64,000 bases of DNA, from the NCBI RefSeq assembly GCF_000150275.1, contig NW_002060958.1:1134088-1198087 (forward strand), written 5' to 3'. Numbering within the stretch: the first letter of the stretch is position 1; every line of letters starts with the position of its first letter. Shown here piece by piece: positions 28,754-43,700 of this stretch. The notes beneath the pieces were generated by a model that was given only the letters and a program-made list of their open reading frames with translations, did no database searches and was not told the DNA's origin. The translations under genes were made by a program, and so were the position numbers. The stretch is from Trichoplax adhaerens. Lineage: Eukaryota; Animalia; Placozoa.

Positions 28754-31700
28754 CTATCGCAAGGTATGGACGCGATTATGGCCGACGCAAAATATTCTTT
28801 TTAGGTTATCAACATTAGTCAAAGTGTACAAGAATGGATTAACTGCAGAATTGATCGGTAATGTAAAAATGCCAATGAACTGTAATGTAATAACATCCAC
28901 CCTGCCAATTTCAATTAAACCTGCTAGATTAACGTAGTAATAAGGTAGCCAACACAATAAATCGGATAGTAATATGAAAGATAAACGTATCGCTAGGATT
29001 TTATTTTCTCTCGTTGACGATCTTTGAACACGTTTAGCGCTTGATCTTACTGAGGCATAAATACGAGAGTATAACGCAATCATGATGATCCAAGCTATGA
29101 AGGTAATGAGTAAATACCAAATCATCCACATCATGTAATAAATATTTTCATAGTTGTTCGGCATACACATGCTGTTATAGGTATAAATGCGTAAGTAGCC
29201 TGGCTGCTGGACGCTAAACCAAGTAGGTAGAATTGAAAAAATAATTCCTATACACCATACGGCAGTCATGAGAGTATAAGCCAATTTCATCGTAAATTGG
29301 CGGTTTGAAAATGGAGTGACTATGCTGATATAGCGATCAACGGTAATAATAACCATGATTAAAACCGATGTATAGCTAGAAGCAATCACCAAACTACAAG
29401 CTAAATAGCATAAAGGATGTAATAGCCACGATTCAGAAATTGGTCCATAAATCTTTACAGAAAGGACTATATCCGCGATGGCGATGATAAGTAGATAGAA
29501 GCCCATCAGAAGGTCTGATATGGCAAGATTGTTGACCAAATATATTGCTATATGATTTCTGCTCTGTCGCTTTTGTGAATAATTTTGAATTAATACGATG
29601 AGATTACCTATTAAAGCAAGGCTACCAATAATCCAAATAAATGCCTGCAATGAGCTATGAGCTAAGAGTTGTTGACAGGATGATAATGTTTCTGAATTCA
29701 TGGTTGGAATGCAGGTTTTAACTTTAGCGGGTACCATGCAGCATAAATAATCACGGCCAGTTAAGCTATCATTGGAATAATAGGAATGGTAGTTAATAAG
29801 TAGACAAGAAATTGAATCCAAATTAGAAATTTGGATAAATGAGAATGTGATTGAAACTATTTCAATTTCCTTTAAAGCAAATGATGGTAATGGATCAAAT
29901 ATTCCCGTTGCAGTAATTGAATTCGTTTAGATCACAAATTTACTAGAGGATCAATTATACTGTTCATTTTATTCAATACAACACTAGGTAATGATAGCCT
30001 TCGTAAATAATAATGTTCTGCACATCTTCTTGTATAGTATGTTCAAAACAGCATCCGTAAGTAAAGCTACTATTAGTATAACCATAGACTATTATAGTCG
30101 TTTGTGTATAAATTATTACTTCGTAAGTATGACTGAGAAGCCTACATATAGACCAGTGACAATTTTAAAATAATTATGGTAACTCTAACCGAAATTTAGA
30201 AATCAATGTAGTAATTAGATAATTTTCAGTATAATCAAACGTGGAGTAATTATAGTATAAGCATAAATTTTAGTTCTAATTCTGAAATTTCCGTCAATCG
30301 TTTTGTTTGCGTAAGTAGAAGAATAAAGCTAGATCTGTTTAAAGAGGAATTTTTAGAGTAACCTGTAGATAAAGAGTCTATTTTAGCATTTTTATAATTC
30401 TTGCAATGATTATGAATCATCCATTAGTTTGGTCAGCAGTTTCAAAAAGTTTGTTATGTGATTAATAATACAACATATGCATACATTGTATTTAAGTTAG
30501 GAGGTCCAAAAAAGGATTTAGAAGTGATATAAGCCAAATGATTTCCTTGCATGTACCTCGGATATGACGTAAAGAAAAGCAGAAATCACTTAATAGAAAT
30601 TAGCTGTAACTATTTAATTAGCGAATACAGAAAGTGACCTCCATGCGATACTAATCAGTATGACAAAAGGTCTCTGCAAATGAAAATACTTTCAGCTCTA
30701 GATTATAGTCTAATTAAAATAACAACATCGAACGATACCCTTTTGATATTATTACTTTAATAATGGATTTCAATCGTAGCGAAATAAAAACTGGAATAAT
30801 GTAATGATGATATTTCATCAAAAATTATCAGTATATGCTGTTCGTAGATCAAATTGTTAGATAGAGTTATCGATATTGCTAAATTTTACTTACGACTCTT
30901 TTAATCGAAGAAGTCCTCTAAAACACCTGGGAGTTACGGAGTCAATAGTGTTGTATCTGATGTCTCTATAAACATTTGCGCATACGAACAGTGATTATAT
31001 CATTTAGAGACGTTGCTTATGTTGAGAATGCATAGAAGATAGTAACAGCAAACATTAAAGTGATGAATCTATTTGAATCTTTGTTTCATAAATTTTCTAT
31101 CACTTTACATGTATCATCTCATGTCAGACTTAATTCTATTGCTTGGCTTTGATTGCTACTAATTAAATCTCAACGTAGTTTATTGACAGCAATTAGTTAA
31201 TTTTGATGTTCTCTTATGCAAGGGAAAAACTATAAACCTATCATTATCTATTAATGCATGTCGAATAATTTTTAAACAAGACTTTCAAATATGGATTTTA
31301 AATTATCAAATAATTGATTAGTTTTATTGTGTTCTTACAATTTCACGAGATATGGAAAGTATATTCCTAGATTTTGATGACAAATTGTTGATAGCTTATT
31401 GCTGGAAATGTTTCTAAATATACAAGAATAAGTGGAATATAATTATTTCCGTTAACTTGAATCAGTCTTCTGTTCATGTGTTTTGCCATTAAAGTATCGA
31501 AAGAGTAATATATCTCCAGATGCATTTACAATATAATTGCAGCAGTTTCCATATTTAAAATCCATGAAAACATTCTTCAAATATTTTTAAAGTTTCGTAA
31601 AAGAACAAGTTACCATTTATCTGATAAAATATTATATCGACTGCAAAAATTAAAGTAACCTTCAAATAATACAGCTATATTAATAACTAAAATGTTTTTA

Positions 31701-34700
31701 TTAGGTCTTGATCACATATAACTTTAGTCATTACATAATTAGTAACATAGCAGTCATAGGTAGATGATAAACTTACAATGATATTATAGATTCAAATTGG
31801 ATCTTTGATGAAAATGTTAAATTGGGTATTTTGTTACCAGCTATTTGTCTGTTATATAAACTGAAAGTTTTAGTAGCCGAATAAAAAACTTAATCACTTT
31901 TGCTTCTCTTAAATATTAATTAAAAATCTTTACTCTGTCAATATCAGAGCTACTCTATGTTAAGATAATTGACTACTATGTCAGATTTATTAATTTAAAT
32001 TGGTTTCAGTTATATTTACGTTGTATTACTTAGTATATTAGTATAGTTTCTAGCTTTGTTCAATAAATGCTTACAGTTCTGTTAGTAATAGACCAACATT
32101 TCTGGCTAAATCAGATAGATCTAACGATCTTATATTATTGTTGTTCATGAATCTATAATTATCGTTTCGATTAATTTAATAGAAAATTCTGTAAAATTTA
32201 GCCATGTATTGATAACATATATCGCAAATAGAAGTGTCACAAAACAGCTTTACAACAAGATAACGTAATGTACGATCAATAAGTTAATTCCTTGAACCAC
32301 GTATCAAGGAACGATATCTGCACTATCAGAAACACTTTTGCTCTACTAGCAGACTACACAAAGACTTAAACCCCTCGTATTTTACGTTAAACACTAAGTT
32401 TGAGAATCCTCTTTATTACACGATATACTACATTTATATACTATTCCTCAATAGTTCATGAGTTATAGTTAGCAAGATTAACTTTGGAATCATTCACTGA
32501 ATTAGATATTAATTTTAGCTACTGCTTCCTTAATGCAGACAACAGTATTTATGAACATAGACATCTGATGACTAATACAAAATAATCAGATTACGATATA
32601 CCCTATCACGGAACATTTCCACGATAATTTACAATCTACCATAAGTAAGTTACAATCAAAATGATTCGAACTGTAAGTAGATGATTTGCATTCCCTGCTA
32701 TAACTATTAATTTCAGTATGTGTATATGTGTCACTGTCATAAAAAGTCAGTGCTATATTAAAACACAGTATATCCGAAATAGAAGTTAACTAAATAAGGA
32801 TAGGCTAACAGAATTATCCTAACATGGATATTCCTACTCTAATACAGTATGTAACACTGTCTCAAGAAGGTTTAAGTAACGCTAAATTTAAATGATCGGT
32901 TTCTTCCTTCTAGTAATTGTTACTTCAATTCATAGTAGACAAACCATGAATTGATTAGCATTTAGAAGCATTTAGTTTACTCTGTAAAATGATACGATTC
33001 TATGTTTAGCGCAATGTTTGATTTGGAAATCAGCTTACAAGGTTTTTAAGTTTGGAAAAGGACGAAATGTATCCTTGGGAATGCTACTAAAATTGCAATT
33101 ATTTATGTTCCTAGATAAGTGAAAACATAAAATATCGTTATTGTAATCTTTTACATGGTAATTAATAGTATTTTTGGAAGCCGCTCTTATAGTTAGATAG
33201 AATATAAATCGTATTTCTTAGTAAGTGACTTTTCACTAATATGCTCTTCTCAGTATTTTATGACTTTGTAACTCAAAATACTAAAGGAAAGTTTGTCGCT
33301 GAGTGTTTATAAGTAGCAGTTATTGTTCTTAGCTAGAAGGATAAGCTCAACGGAAAAATGATCTTAATTGCAAATTTGTTTTATATAAATATCTATTAAT
33401 ACTCTTATAGTTAATAATAAATCATAAACGGATATTATTGATGCAAAAACTCAGAAAGGCAACGATAAGATTGGCATCATGTAGTTGCTGATTTCATTAA
33501 TAGAATAAAAATAAGATAATAGTTATGGTCCGGTATAGATTTTCATTTTATGGTAATCAAGAAATGGCTATACCGGAGGAAAACATCAAAAATATCGTTA
33601 TTACAATTATTTTTAAAAGATTATCTACGTTCTGGCGAAATAGTAAAGAAGCATCCAGTTCTCGTGTTTTGAAAATAAGGACTAGCAAACATTGATGTAG
33701 GTTTTGTTATTTAATTGAGGACTTAGATACGATTTCTGTGCAGTATTTTCGCCATTGAAGGAATTGAAATTAATTTCGATCAAATATGAATCATACTATT
33801 TCGGCTTTGTTGTATCTGATCATGCTAATGTTTATTTAGTTATGAGAAAAGTAAAATCATTGTAGTATCAAATACTGGTGATTATTGGTGGTATGTATAA
33901 AATAGAATTTTAAATAAAAATGCTAGCATAGCAAATATCTAATGTTCATTTATACTCGATAATATTTAGGAAATTCTTACAGGTGTAACAAATTTTGCTG
34001 GGTGTTCTTTGATATTAATTCTAAAGCATTTGTTAGGGTCAACGGATTACTGCTAACATCTCTGTAACATTGAGACAGTTAAAAGAAAAAGATTAGCTAT
34101 AAAAGTGGATATTTGAAAATTCTTAAATAATTTTGTCTATAGAACAGGAGTAAGTTAGGATGATTATATAGATTTATTGTAGCAATTAAATTTTTCGTTA
34201 TTCACAAATGTTGTAACGAGATACTAGGTATGATAAAATAATTTAGATTTAGGTAACATTAATGGGAAGCCTTTGGAATCCATAATTGCACTGACAAATT
34301 TGCTAGGAAATACTTGGAATTCTGTTTAGGCAATCCAGTAATATCATTGCCAGCTAATTTTCTATGAAATGAAATTTTATACTTAATTAAAAAATTATGT
34401 AGAAATGAGCTCATTTAGGCTATCATAATAGGTGATATTTGAGTAATTTATTTATACTAGCTAAAAGAATCTCTTAACAAGGCAATTTGCATCAAATATA
34501 TTTCCGGATTGTAAATTTAATACATTAAGTGCGGTTAGATTCCAAGATTCTAGACAGTGTTAATAAAACAATCTCTCATGATAATAAGAAGATTTATTGC
34601 TAAGTTATATGGGTACTTCTGACACATTATATGCGAGTAAAGTTATCTCTCCTAACAAATAAAGGATATTTTCTTGATCTATAGTAACTTTTATTTCCGA

Positions 34701-37700
34701 ATATGCCAAACTATGCAATTATGTTTAAGATGCTAAAATGAAAATATCCGAGCAATCCGTATTAAACGGACAAGGGAATAGACCCACAATTTAATTATTA
34801 GATTCGCAATTACGAAGTTTTAAATGAGTATTAGGTCGCAGCTAGTTAAAATATGATCAAATTCTACTATATTTCTACTTACAATGAATATACGTTTGAC
34901 ATTTTATCGACAATTTCAGTTTGAATATTAATACCATGCGCCGTCAGATCATTATAATTTAGGTTTCTGTATTGGTGTTTATTAGTATTGGTTGTATCAT
35001 ATGGAAAGATTAGTCACATAATTTAGAGCTTGTTTCATTAAACATATTAAATTGTAAAATAAATTGGCTTACAGTTCACTAATAACATTCAAATAGACAT
35101 CACAGTTTGGGTTAATTTTTGAAATGTTGTTTCTGCTCAAGTCTCTTTCAATAAAAAGGGTTATAGGAATTTGTTAATGATTAAATGTTATGCTGAAGCT
35201 TAAATTTGATTTACTTATACCTATTTTGATATTTAATAATACTAAATTAAGCAGTTACTTCTCTAAAAACACCAATACAACCTATTTTGATATTTAATAA
35301 TACTAAATTAAGCAGTTACTTCTCTAAAAATGATTAAAATCGATATACTAACAGATCTAGAATGCTAGATGGAAATTCAGAGCAAGATAGTTCCTGTATC
35401 CTGTTTTCTCCTAGATTCCTTATATATATAATATAAAATACACTTAGAATATTTCTTCCTTGGTAACATCAGATCAATTATAGCTTTCAGTCTGAGGCAA
35501 TAATAATTTTGCTCTTATTTTGGAGCCCGCAAATGAATTAATACTAGAACTTGGGTTATATTAGATAACCTACAGCTTGTCTAGTAGTAGAGGACGGAGA
35601 TTTTCAATATATTTAATCTTATTTCCATAAAGATCTCTAAATGAACAATTTAATTAGAATGAGAGTAGTATAATATCTACCAGAATTTAACTCTGGAATT
35701 AGATTGCAATAGTGATGGCTTTTTAAAAATCTACTGAAACATTATAAATTTAACAGAACACTTACCAACAATATTAACAGATTAAAGATTCTAACAATAT
35801 AATATACCTACAATATCGCAACTTACATCACTTGAAGTGCCTTTACATTCCAGATATTAACATCTTTGAAGGATGTAATGCCGTTATGTCTTACATAGCT
35901 GAAAGAAAACGAAATAGATTCCTCGCAAATAGGTATTACAGTAGAGATACTTATTATCAAACGCATTGAAATTTTCAAGAGATGCGTACGTAGAATAGAT
36001 AATAACTCACAAATATTTTAGGGCTGGTAATTCTGTCTTAAATAGCTCTGTTATGGCTTGAAGGTGGTTATTATTTAAGTTCCTTCATAATAGGTTTAAT
36101 ATTTAATTATTGAGCAAGTTCTAGCATAAGTGATTACATACTAAAACCTCTTTATAAATATTATTTAAATAATCATCAGTAGCACTTTATATACTGCTTT
36201 ATGGAAATTAAAATCTCAAATTTGATTGACTAATTTCAATTACATTGCATTTAAATAATGCTACTTAGATTACTTAAGGCATTAATGTTGTAATATAATA
36301 TTATTTTGCATCGCCATGCCATTGAGATTTGCAGTATTTACACTTATTTATAATAAATAGATTAGGATCATTTCCATACATACAAGGATTTTAAAGAAAG
36401 TATTTCGGTAAATTCGCTTTTAATTACAGATATAAGGTTGTTTTCTAGAGACCTAGATCAAAATTGAAAAGCAATTTTTCTGTTACGGCTGATTTGTAGT
36501 CTACATATTCTTAAATTGTAAATAAGACCTCCAAGGAGAATACTGCTTTCGTTTAAATAAATTTCTTACAACGATGTCAATTTAGTATTAGCAAAATAGT
36601 TTTGAGTTAGTCTTGTAATTTTGTTTTTTCCTAAATATCTAAAATTAGAGTATAAATAGAGAACAATTTGCTATCTGAAGCAGCATTCAATCTAATAAAG
36701 CAATGCTGAAATGAATCTATTTAGGAATTAAACTTTTTCTATAGTAGCATATTGATAAAACTCATTAGACTTGCAGTCTGTTAGCTAATCAACTTTTTAG
36801 TTATAGCGATCAGATGTATAGCTACTATAATGAATAGTTTTTATTCAATTCAGCAAATATACGACTTCTATTAAACTTCGGAAAATACGATTAGAATAAT
36901 AATAATTTCGTGGACTTACAATTCATTTAATTGAGTTAAATTGGCGAAGTCTTCCTTATTTAAGTCATAAATCTCGTTGTTCTGTAGCGATCTTGTTTAA
37001 AGAATAGAAGAGCATAATAATATTTAATTAAATCTAATCTAATTGCGATAAATTTTTTATATTCTACTACTTAAACTACGCTAATACTGTAATATCTAGA
37101 TTAATTGAAGCTATTTTTCATGGTATACTAACATAAGCTCACAATAACAAATTTATATAGACAGTCTCTTCAACAACTCGCTTATAGTAGCTCAAATGTT
37201 CGTTTATACCATGCTATTTGATTGGCTTGAGCTTACTGTCATTAGTCTACAGCATATTTTTGATATGGCAAGCTATCATTATTGACAGACAAAGTTGCTT
37301 ATTTACTAAAGCAGGAGCATCCATGTCTTTAGATCTAAAAAAACTTACAAAATTTTAAGCTGTGGCAGTAATTGAATGAACCTTAAATCTTTTAGCTTAT
37401 TCCCGTTTATGTATCTAAGATATTAATAGTTAATCATTACTTTATCGTAAGTTGCAATAATGATTACTCTTCTAGGAATGATGTGATTTGAGTATCATAT
37501 ACAGTTTACTACTTTTCATTAATTGATAGTAATTTATGATTATATCTAGTAGATTTACAATATTTAAAACATTTACCGTTGACGGAATGTTACAGTGTTA
37601 TATACTGTATTACAGTAGAAATATCTATGTTAGGATAATTCTATTAGACTATCCTTATTTAGTTAACTTCTAATTTGGATATACTGTGTTTTAATATAGC

Positions 37701-40700
37701 ACTGACTTTTTATGACAGTAACACTTATACACATACTGAAATTGATAGTTATAATAGGGAATACAAATCATCTGCTTACAGTTCGAATCATTGTGATTGT
37801 AATTTACTTATGGTAGACTGTAAATTATCATGGAAATGTTCCGTGATAGGACATATCGTAATCTGATTATTCTGTATTAGTCATTACATGTCTATGTTCG
37901 TAAATACTGTTGTCTGCATTAAGGGAGCAGTAGCTAAAATTAATATCTAATTCAGTAAATGATTCTAATGTTAATTGTATTAACTATGACTCATGAACTA
38001 TTGAGGAATAGTATATCAATGCAGTATATCGTGAAATAAAGAAGAATTGTCCAACTTAGTGTTTAACTTAAAATACGAGGCGTCTAAGTCTTTGTGTAGT
38101 CTGCTAGTAGAGCAAACGTGTTTGTGATAGTGCAGATATCGTTCCTTGATACGTGGTTCAAGGAATTGACTTATTGATCGTATATTGCGTTATCTTGTTG
38201 CAAAGCTGTTTTGTGACACGGAAATATAGTTAATGTAATATCATTTCTTAGTATAGATGTTAGGAATTAGTTAAATACATACAAGAATCGAATTTGGTGT
38301 ATTTTAGAAAAGGTCTCCTGGTGAATTGCATGTAAACGATTTGCTGATAAATATCTGTTATTTTATGTTAGGAATTTAGTATTAAAATTAATGTTTCAAC
38401 TTAAGATTCACAAAAAATAAATAACAGAGAAGTTTGACTAGATTATTAACTCTTGTATCAGGAATTGCTACAGCTAATGTCAAAAAATGATTTATAATAT
38501 TTATATGATCGTATAAACTTGTTTCCTTACAGCGATTGCAGTTTTGTAGGGAATTTTAGAGAAATAAATAAATGTCCATCAATTTCCTCATACTTATTTC
38601 CTGTTAAGTCTCTGTTCAAGATAAATATTTTGGAATAAAAATGGCCAGATATTTATGCTCACTAATAAAAATGGATCATTAATATGGTATAGGAAAATGG
38701 TGCGTATCGAATTTAATTAGTCCTACAAGAGTGTAAGTGAGCTTTGAATGCTAAAATTCGAGTGATATTGACTGTAAAGTTGATTATAAGATAGATTCCT
38801 AAATTGAAGCAAAATAAATTAAAAGCCATATTGGTCTAGAATAAGAAAATTTGTTTTGCTCATATCCTGTAACTATTTATTTAAATGTAAAGACAGAAAG
38901 TTCTGGAAATATATCATATTTCTAGCTCATTGCCTGGCTACCAGATTTGATATTGTTTAACGGTTCAAAATGACATTGACTTACAACTTTTGCGGATAAT
39001 AAAACGTAAAATCGGGTAAAATCTGTATTAGATTATTGGAAAAGTCCCTAATGATCATCGATAGATTAGAATAAGCAGAATTAGCTGTCAATCTGTACTA
39101 TTACATTTTATTTTTCTATTGATGTTCATGTTTTCTTTATGACCATAAGTTATTACTATTTATGAACAATAATTAGGTAGATTCAAACTTTAATCATAAT
39201 TATTACTATTAATTACCAGTAAATGCCTCGATTTAGGATTTAATTTCTCGCTTATGAGAATAGTAATAAAGTCAATTTAAATCTACTTACAGGATATCGA
39301 TAGTCACGCTGCTGTTGATAAAATTGTGACGTTTAAGTTTTCGTATTCTAGCGTTGGATAGTCCCCTAATTTTATATTGCACCATCACATTCCTGATCAT
39401 TATTAAATTGCATTTATAATTAATCATTTAATAATATTTACAAAGTTTTTAAGGCTATTCCTTCCGGCAAATTCAATTCATAGATACTCTGTAATGGATT
39501 ACCATCAAGTTGTCTGCAATAAAAAAACAATTATATGCAGTCTTATGTTCTTTGTTTACAAGAGGATATTAATCTTATTCAAGGCCTGATTTCAAATTTT
39601 ACATTTAAAATCTAATAGCAAAGAGCCTCGTTTGCATCTTTTTGGCATTTAATGAGACAATTTTGCAAGCAGCTAGCAATATTAGGGTTTAGTGTCAATA
39701 TGATCGAAACTCTGATTTATAGTTATAATGGTAAATTTTCTGTCTGCGTTTTCAGATACAAAGTTAGCTGAGCTCCTCTATTATGTAGCATTTTATTCTC
39801 TGTCAACTTTATAGCTTTTGTAATTCTACTACGAGTAGTGATTGCAGGCATTAATGGATTCATTTAGAGTTTCACTGAATTTATAGCAATGGCATTAGAC
39901 TACTATATAATAGTTATCGTAAGAGGAAAATGGACATTATTGGATCTCTAGGTTAGGAAATTTATCTGCCTTTTTTCGTATGTGAGCGATTCATATAAGG
40001 CAGTTTGGTTATTTTTTTACTCTGAAATACTTTAAATCATAGACGCTAACGATACTTTTGTGGACGGAATATTGCTTCTTTCATTAGAATCTTCCTATTT
40101 TGATACACTCACAAGGATTTTAACTGATTCAATCCTGAAAAAGCTTTGGATTTGATGGTAGCAATTTTATTGGTAGCGAGCGATCTGAATATGGAAAAAA
40201 ATCTTATTCAATATTGCCATTCTTGCTGTCAAGCTTGCACTTATTTTTAAGCTCCAATTAAGAATTAACTCAGAAAACGTATATTTACAGAGTTTGAAGT
40301 ATTCTTAAATTTTTTAAGATGTAGTTGTGGACAATTTCGATTTCATTTTCATCTAAAATGCTAAAGAATAACAAAAGTGGAAGTTTATACTAAAAATATC
40401 AATTTGAACATTTGAGTAAAGAAAATATAGGGGAATTAATCCATACTGCTTACAGGAACATCAACGATGTTAAGTTCTGGAACGGATTAAAATTAGTTAT
40501 GTTGTTATCCGTTAAATCTCTGTGCATGTAAATTGAAAAGGTTAAAAGCCTGAAGATAAATGCTATCATACCTGGATTCTAATTTATTTAAACTAGTTCA
40601 ATCGCCCGTGAACTTACAAGGTCTGTAAGGATTTGAGTTCATGAAAGGCATTAGTACTGATATCAGTAAGCTTGTTGGACTGCAAATATCTAAATCAAAT

Positions 40701-43700
40701 TGTTGGATAAACTCAAAACCGTTATCTAGTGTCTAATATAATACTATATAACCTATATAACACGGCAATCATCGCTTGGTAGAATGAAATTGTACTAGTG
40801 TATATGCAAGGTAAGAATCTAAATTAGATTAAAATATAGCAATAACACAATGATTTATCACACTCTCATCGTAGTATAAATCGATATCAATTAAGAATAT
40901 CGGTATTTATTTTTTAGCCATCTATTAATGCTATACTGTACGTTGGAAAAAATTTACATTGATACTTACAAAGAACGCAATCTAGTAGTGCCGTTGAAGG
41001 ACTCAGATTGAATGGCTGTGATAGAATTCAGATCGAGCTTACTAAATAGAATGTAATATGTATAGCTAGGATTTACGCTGCATAGATATAAGCGTAAGTT
41101 TTAATACATAGCAGAAATATTATCTTCTTATAAGCTACTGTACTACATAGTTAATGATAGCAAAGTAGAAACATAATCTAAATCATGAAGACAAGTTTAT
41201 ATTGTTAATGTTGTAGACTTGCAGGATGATTAATATTTTTAGTGCAGTGAGAATCTAAACTATGGTTGATTGCATCTAGGTGTTTTTATGTCCTACTCCA
41301 TAGACTGGTCGTAGATAGAATTTATAACTAGATGAGATTGCATGCTTAGATGATACAGATGATTTTAAATATCCATTCTAATGTTTGGTTCAAAAGATTT
41401 CAAACTAGATGCTGACAGGGATTGAAGGCTTTTCAGATCTGCAAACATTCCGCTTGATATTTCGGTTAAGTAGTTTTGCGTTAGGAAACTAATTAAGACA
41501 AAAAGAAAGAGGTCAATTATAAAATGATGAAAGAAGGACTATCAATATCTAGTTTCTAGAACTATTAAAAGGTAGTCTAAATGATCGATAAATTAGAATT
41601 ATCTAATTAGAAATGATACAAACAGTTTACGCAAATTTAGAGCTTGAGAAAACGAATTGGAAGCAATATAGTCGATTCTGTTATAGCTGAGGTCACTAAG
41701 AGTCATTAAAAAAATGATATTATAATGAAGTTAACAATTTATTACGATTATATACGATATTAGGCGTATATGTGTCCTAAAAGCAAGGGAATATGTGTTC
41801 TCATCGTTTAAATTGATAGCTAAGGCAATAGATTTACCAGTAAAGTCTATCATTTTGGTTATATTATAGATGGAGAAATTAAACATGCCCATATTATAAC
41901 TGGCAACATAACGTCAAGATCTAACAACTTAGATGCTTCATGGGATGAATTCTTTATAAATAAATACAAATAAAAATTAAATACTACGATATACTAAATA
42001 GTAAAAACTCTATTTCTATTTATAAAGGAAGCCTTTGTACCAGTATTGTGTTAAACTTTGAATTTAATCGACCTATACTATGTGAAGGTATAGGAAATTA
42101 CTTCGTAATTATTTCTAGATTAGTGAATTCTATCGCAATTATATCTAAATCTATTTTCAGTGAAATAAATAGCTACAATTTTAAAATAAAATTGTGAACC
42201 TATTCCCGTAACTGAAGCATAGGGTACAGTTCTTAATCATAAGTATTGCATTTAATATAACGAAAATGAACGTGTTGTATGACTCTGTTTTCGAAGATAG
42301 AAATAATTTAGTATCGAAATAATATTATGGATTCGTTTTACTTAGAACAGGCAAAAGAAAATCTATGGTGTTAAGGCTGAAGACGTAAAAATTAGGAAGT
42401 AACGGTTGTAGAGGAATGCTTATATAGGCTTTAAATTGTATACGAATTCAGCTGCATAAACTGTTTAACTAAATAAGATAGCTATACAGCTCTCTGAAAC
42501 AACTTACAGTGTTTTAAGATTGGTTAAACAGGACATAGCGCCGTGATTGATATTTGTTAAATTATTTCTTTTCAATTCGCTATTTAATACAAAGTACAAT
42601 TAAAGTCATTGGGAGAAAATTGTAAAATTCGAGCAGAGATTTAAATCCTGAATTCATTAGAAACATTATAGTAGTACGAAGTCTTATAATTTGGATAAAA
42701 CGGGTAGAATACGAAACGGAATTTCAAATAAATACAGATATTGTAGGTTGGGAAGGCTGCAAAACGATCTTGACTCGATGTCCGCAATGTTGTTGATATT
42801 TAAATCTCTAATAAAGATATAGTTATCGGAAGATATTTGTCAATTATATCCGTGTTATAGTCTATAAAATAAATTAGTTTGCGCTGCGCAGAATAAATGA
42901 ATATTTAGTAAATGCACAAGAAATATATCCAAGTTTGCTTTTTAGATATAGCTTGGAAAGGTACAACTTTTACTTACAGGGTAATGACTTTGGCTAAACA
43001 AGTAAGACTTTTCCTTGCTATATAATTTAAGTTATTTCCATTTAAAGATCTACATAATAATAAGTCAGTAAAGGATAAGGCTGTGTTTCATTCCATCGAA
43101 AATTGAGCTTGCTTTATTCTATCCAAATATTAGTTATATAATACAAATTTAAAACGGAAATTCGACTATCTATTGATAACTCTTACGGTTATAAAAAATT
43201 TCAAGTTTTATAGGATGCCTTCTCGATAGTTTCAAATATTATTTTAATATTTAGCAACCAATATGCTGCTGCGAAATACTAACATTGTTTTAACATTTGG
43301 TATTCCACAAAATGCTCCTGATTCTATACGTCTGATATGATTATGATTTAAATCCCTATTGAACATAAAAATGACGAATTGATCCAAATTTATGAAAAAT
43401 TGAAATAGATGGTAAGATATAAATGCCATAATTTTTAAGATAATAGCAAGGAATACAGAATGTAAGATACGTCGTAAGGTACTACTTTTTTCTTAATACA
43501 TTGATTCGGATCATTTATATGATTTCACACGAGAAATTTGGTAACATAATATTATAAATTACTCATTGCAAAATGTGATAATTATGAGTTTTATGGACAT
43601 AAGGCAATAACATATGAAAAAGTTTTATGTCAAGATCTGAATATTTTGATCTATCATCGGTGTATTAATTTGTAGCACTGATAAAATACTACATTTGTAA

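Noticed and set aside
29766-29821. ORF-track N-terminus MDSISCLL of the 355-aa 7TM ORF
   Set aside because: This is intronic read-through; comparison with gene B places the splice acceptor at 29765.
31530-31640. Possible extra exon(s) between 31777 and 31413 (and at 55630-55980 in gene B)
   Set aside because: Candidate frames contain stops; the flanking exons join in frame without them.
34465-34555. LRR-like phrase NLTALNVLNLQSGN on the - strand inside a gene A intron
   Set aside because: No phase-2 splice sites giving an open exon, and no counterpart in gene B.
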